A stretch of DNA of 64,000 nt from a virus (taxonomy: Duplodnaviria; Caudoviricetes): the IMG/VR virus record IMGVR_UViG_3300014205_000174, one strand, 5' to 3'. Shown here piece after piece: positions 60,062-64,000 of the stretch. The stretch's first letter is position 1; each line of letters opens with the position of its first letter. The notes under the pieces are model-generated. The model had not been told where the DNA came from. It saw only the letters and a list, made by a program, of their open reading frames with translations, and ran no database searches. The position numbers and the translations under genes were made by a program.

Positions 60062-60959
60062 AAATAAGATTTATCCTGTTTATGTAAGTGTGATTGTTTT
60101 TTACTTCCTCCATTGCAGACAATATGTTTTCATTGACACTATCGCTATTAGCTGCCTCGATTGATTTATTGAATAAGTCAATGCTGTCTGGTGCATAAAT
60201 TATCTGGCCATCAAATATTCCATCGACGGTCTTACTGTTTGTTATACCAAGATTGCCATAGCTTATATTCTTAAAAATCCTGCACGTCACGTACTGATTG
60301 GTAACCTGCCATTCACCCTGAATAGTTGGCGCTAATTTTGAAGACCTGACCAAATCATAATTTTCTTCAAATGATACAGGCGAGCCCCACGGGTCAATTT
60401 TTATAACAGGAATACCCTTTGCAGTACACTGGTCAAAAAATGGCTGTAACTGTCTGCCATTCTGGAATGTTCCTGTGAAATCACCAAAAGTTCCTATCCA
60501 CACACACTGGTTAAATCTTGTTTTTGGTAAATCAAAATTAAATTCTCCCGGCAATAAGTTTGTTGCCCAGGGCATAAATACTATATCAGAGATTTCACCC
60601 TTCAGGTATCCGGTACAATTACTAAGCTTGATTATATTGTCGTAGGCGAATACATCCTTATTAAAAGTCTGTATTGAAAGTACTTTACAGCCCGCATCAA
60701 TATACTTTGCCGGATTTATATTATGCAAAATATATCGTGATGTTTTGTTAAGGGGGATATTTCGCTCCTGCCCTTCGAATGCAAAAAACAAACAGTCATT
60801 GAAATTTTCCGCACTATGGTCTTCCTCATCGAAATACCATTTCGCATCATAACCCATATGCTCAAATGCCTTTTTGAACCCGGCATAAATGAATGAATTA
60901 GTGTGCGAGTATAGTTTATAGCCCCACAGTATAATTTTATTGAATTTTCGCATTATCAA
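60045..60959 (-). CDS. Putative glycosyltransferase (paralogue of 53343)
   Basis: Same motif set as 53343. Confidence 0.6.
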   Translation of the reverse strand: MIMRKFNKIILWGYKLYSHTNSFIYAGFKKAFEHMGYDAKWYFDEEDHSAENFNDCLFFAFEGQERNIPLNKTSRYILHNINPAKYIDAGCKVLSIQTFNKDVFAYDNIIKLSNCTGYLKGEISDIVFMPWATNLLPGEFNFDLPKTRFNQCVWIGTFGDFTGTFQNGRQLQPFFDQCTAKGIPVIKIDPWGSPVSFEENYDLVRSSKLAPTIQGEWQVTNQYVTCRIFKNISYGNLGITNSKTVDGIFDGQIIYAPDSIDLFNKSIEAANSDSVNENILSAMEEVKNNHTYINRINLIFEYLP

Positions 60960-61561
60960 CCTTTTGTTTTTAAACTACTTAATCTGTAATAAAATAAAAT
61001 TTCTGGCAGTATTTTAAATGAAGCCTTTTTTTCCCTGATTCTTTTCCACAATGCAAAATCATCTTTCGGTATTTCATGTGACTTTAATTTATCGCGATAT
61101 TCCAGAAACTTTTTCGTATATCCACAAGCAGGATGCGCTATTATATTGTGATTTTTAGCAAACTCCGTGTCTATATTTAATAAATGAAATGCTGTACAAT
61201 AATCACTATCCAGTATTTGGTAATTACCGGATATTATTGGTATGTTAGCATCAAAAGCTTTTATTTGCAAATCAACTCTTTCGGGAAAATAAACATCATC
61301 AACATTACTATTCAATACAAAATCATAACCCATTCTGAATGCTATATCAACCAGCCGATTATGGGCCTGCGCATGGTCTGTTAGATATACAGAGCTAAAT
61401 ATAGAATTTTCAAAAATCCGCTCTTTACCACCACCATAATTCAACTCTAATATATCAAAATTAGTATACGTTTGGCTAAGTATCGATTTCTTATACGAAT
61501 ATATCCAATCTTCTGGATATCTGTTTATATTTTTATGAAACGATATTATGGCTGTTTTCAT
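60956..61561 (-). CDS. GT2-like glycosyltransferase
   Basis: SILSQTY.NF, DD...P.R...Q, IAHP, D..LW, L.YYR. Confidence 0.65.
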   Translation of the reverse strand: MKTAIISFHKNINRYPEDWIYSYKKSILSQTYTNFDILELNYGGGKERIFENSIFSSVYLTDHAQAHNRLVDIAFRMGYDFVLNSNVDDVYFPERVDLQIKAFDANIPIISGNYQILDSDYCTAFHLLNIDTEFAKNHNIIAHPACGYTKKFLEYRDKLKSHEIPKDDFALWKRIREKKASFKILPEILFYYRLSSLKTKG

Positions 61562-62316
61562 TTACGCATTTCTTCATGATTCTTACTCAATAAAAGTATC
61601 TTGCATTCATATCCTACACCATTCCATAAACTATATATATGTGGGTTGTTTTCTGGATAATGATACCCTGGACTAAGCACAACACTTGGTGGATTGTCTA
61701 TCATATATTTGTTCATCATCGATTCATCATGCCATACGGGTATTATACCATTTGATTCATCAATATCTATTAACCTACTACACTCGGCAGACATTTTGAA
61801 AAACTCATTATTGCTGAATGAATAAAAGCCACCTCCGAAATAATTCCTTTCCGTTCCTGGCACAACATACGCCTTTGATTCAGGTCTTGTTTCAAAAGAC
61901 CCCATGTTATTTACAAAACCACAATGCTGCACTACGGTTCTTTCACTTAAAACCTCAGTCCCTACCGGACTTTTTATTAATGTATCCGCATCTATATAAA
62001 TTATCTGATTCTGGGTTAGGCTTTCTTTGTATTTATTAAAATAGTGGAATCTATATAAGGTGGGGTATGGGAAAGGTTTATGCGCTACATTATGAAATGA
62101 ATAGTTATCTCCTATGCCATCTACGACCCATGATTTATCGCTAAATATGTGATAATGCTTTTTATTGTTTGGCAGGAAATATTTTTCTATAGAATTTATC
62201 AAGGGCTGTATATATATACTGTATTTCCCGGTAGCAACCAACACAAATCCTATAGATATATTATACTTATCGACCTTTTCTTCCCTTTCGTCAACAAGAG
62301 GATAATAATTATGCAT
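61558..62316 (-). CDS. Glycosyltransferase family 6 (ABO-type alpha-1,3-GalNAc/Gal transferase)
   Basis: ATGKY, S.EKYFLP, TL.RF, DAD, FETRPES.AY, YFGGGF, WHDES..NKY, VLSP.Y. Confidence 0.9.
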   Translation of the reverse strand: MHNYYPLVDEREEKVDKYNISIGFVLVATGKYSIYIQPLINSIEKYFLPNNKKHYHIFSDKSWVVDGIGDNYSFHNVAHKPFPYPTLYRFHYFNKYKESLTQNQIIYIDADTLIKSPVGTEVLSERTVVQHCGFVNNMGSFETRPESKAYVVPGTERNYFGGGFYSFSNNEFFKMSAECSRLIDIDESNGIIPVWHDESMMNKYMIDNPPSVVLSPGYHYPENNPHIYSLWNGVGYECKILLLSKNHEEMRK

Positions 62317-62356
62317 GTAGCGTGTTTTTTAGCGTTCTTCGGTAATTAAGGTAAAG

Positions 62357-62758
62357 TTAGTTTATGTGTTTTTTGCGTTCTTCCATCATTGCTTTGGCCG
62401 CCTTCCATGAATGCGCAACTATTTGGTCTGCCGTCAGTTTAGCGGCCAGTTTGTTAGCAAACATGCCTCGCATTGCATGTGCCGCCACAAAATCTAATGG
62501 CGTTATCCCAACATATCCACCGAAATGTAAATCTACTAATTCCCGCTCCGCCATCATTTTGTCGGCAACAGTATATGAATGCTTTACTATTTCCTGCATT
62601 TCTAATTCGTCGGCGCGGTTATTAGCGAACATACCGTCCATTGCGTGCGTTGCAAAGAAATCAAGTATCGACATGTAATCCCCGATGTTTGCCCAGTGCA
62701 TACCTCCGCCTGTTTTTTCTTTATTCATAAAAAATATGTTATCGCAATGTAATTGCAA
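62357..62758 (-). CDS. Phage hypothetical protein with tandem duplicated module
   Basis: Two copies of LDF.A.HAM.GMFAN...IV.HS...A..MM.ER. Confidence 0.65.
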   Translation of the reverse strand: MQLHCDNIFFMNKEKTGGGMHWANIGDYMSILDFFATHAMDGMFANNRADELEMQEIVKHSYTVADKMMAERELVDLHFGGYVGITPLDFVAAHAMRGMFANKLAAKLTADQIVAHSWKAAKAMMEERKKHIN

Positions 62759-63093
62759 ATCAAATGAAAAATATTGTCAACAATAATAAACAGCCAAGTA
62801 GACATCCAGACAGGCTTTGCATCACTGTATCCGTAATTACCACTACTCCAATTCCAGTTTACAAGTTTTATCCAGTATATAGGCAGCCTGTATTTGTCAA
62901 TGAGGAAGTGAGTACCGAAAATGATTGATGCAGCAGGTAATGATTGATAATAAAGTGCAAATGGTAGCGTGTAAGCCATGCAATGTACCATGCATGCAAT
63001 ATACCCACGCTCTGATTTTTGCGCTTTATTTACGGCCATCCAGTCATTCTGGAATAAGTAATCACCAATAAGATGCAGTAGTATCTGTATCAT
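62725..63093 (-). CDS. DUF3307 membrane protein
   Basis: HLIGDY.FQ.DWMA..K, H, THFLID, DN..H. Confidence 0.8.
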   Translation of the reverse strand: MIQILLHLIGDYLFQNDWMAVNKAQKSERGYIACMVHCMAYTLPFALYYQSLPAASIIFGTHFLIDKYRLPIYWIKLVNWNWSSGNYGYSDAKPVWMSTWLFIIVDNIFHLICNYIAITYFL

Positions 63094-63095
63094 AG

Positions 63096-63416
63096 TTACA
63101 AACCGAGTTTATATACCCATACGTTATGAAAATTGTCCATGAATTTCCTGCCATATCCGTACCTGCCGGTAAACAACCACCTTGCAGGAAGTACAATCAA
63201 TAACGATATCAGCCAGTAGATAAAGAAAAACAGCAACGTCAGTCTCCATGCAGGGTATTTCTGCGCCTCTTTTTCTTCGTAAAAGTAAAAAGGAGCCGAC
63301 CTGACCACCTCGTCGTTTTTCATTTTCTCTTTTTGATATGGCGTCAGGTCTAGGCTTTCGGCTAGCCATTTTTCGACATTGCCATCCCAGGCCTTCTTTA
63401 AGTTTGAAAATCTCAT
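63096..63416 (-). CDS. Hypothetical membrane protein
   Basis: One TM segment. Confidence 0.55.
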   Translation of the reverse strand: MRFSNLKKAWDGNVEKWLAESLDLTPYQKEKMKNDEVVRSAPFYFYEEKEAQKYPAWRLTLLFFFIYWLISLLIVLPARWLFTGRYGYGRKFMDNFHNVWVYKLGL

Positions 63417-63612
63417 GATTTTGGTTGTTTTACATCTATGGCATTCAAAGTTGATGCTACATAACTCCTAAAAGATAAGCTGGCTCCGGGGCTTATAGCG
63501 CCGAGAATTATATCAACAACGCCTACCAGCACTATTAATGCCGCCAGCAGAAAATATGCCACAAAAAGCAGGGCCGAAATCAATATCATTACTTTCAGAA
63601 ATCCTTCCATAA

Positions 63613-64000
63613 TTATTCTACATTGTATATTTCAAAAACTCTTTGCACTTCTATTACTTCCAGCAGGTTCTCTCCGGCCCACATTACCTTTTCCGGGTAC
63701 TTCCAGTTCTTATAATACTCCACTATCCTGTCAACACCAGCCTCTGTAAAGAAGCGCCTGGACGAATGGTTCCAGAGTTTTTTCTTGATGTCTTTTCTTA
63801 CAAAGGACAAATGGTGCATTTGGCACTCTTCCCTCGCGAATATACGATAGCCGCCGCCGTTGGCCACATTATTCGTCTTACGGGTTGGGTCTATAGGCAC
63901 CTCACACGCAATGTTATATATATACTGCGTGTCAGGTGTTATTTTCTCTATAGTGGCCACATATTCCTGCTCCGGATACTTTAGCCGGTATATTGAATCC
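63613..64000 (-). CDS. 3' part of a gene that probably begins beyond the window
   Basis: Frame stays open to the window edge; DPTR...MHHLSFVR motif. Confidence 0.5.
   Translation of the reverse strand, partial: DSIYRLKYPEQEYVATIEKITPDTQYIYNIACEVPIDPTRKTNNVANGGGYRIFAREECQMHHLSFVRKDIKKKLWNHSSRRFFTEAGVDRIVEYYKNWKYPEKVMWAGENLLEVIEVQRVFEIYNVE

Overview
This looks like a 64-kb segment of a large (probably jumbo) bacteriophage of a Bacteroidota host. Evidence: densely packed small ORFs in long co-oriented blocks (- strand to ~33.8 kb, + strand 33.9-47.1 kb, - strand to the end), several expanded phage paralogue families, a GH19 endolysin, a host-like DnaB, ParB-, RusA-, VRR-NUC- and HNH-like genes, RtcB, nine tRNA genes, Bacteroidota TAnnTTTG promoters, two full-length tnpB genes plus one truncated fused tnpB, and a ~15-kb glycan cluster (gmd, fcl, GT11, GT6, GT2s, methyl/acyl transferases). 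No capsid, terminase or integrase gene is visible, so the phage call is inferred from gene content. Main discovery: each of the two tRNA clusters (29.06-30.27 kb, - strand) lies behind its own promoter, a 24-codon leader peptide and a classical 1:2 / 2:3 / 3:4 attenuator. Each leader's control codons match the tRNAs downstream: Phe-Cys-Trp-Phe for tRNA-Phe/Trp/Cys, and a 10-codon Leu/Tyr/Ser run for tRNA-Leu x3/Ser x2/Tyr. This predicts a ribosome-stalling sensor that switches on phage tRNA genes when the matching host tRNAs are depleted. Other notable items: ~11 intergenic sigma-54 (-24/-12) promoter motifs, a GT11+GT6+GDP-fucose set resembling a blood-group-A pathway, an 8/4-type tRNA-Ser, a stand-alone dsRBD-like protein, and two repeat-rich non-coding regions. 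All calls come from reading motifs by eye; no searches were run.
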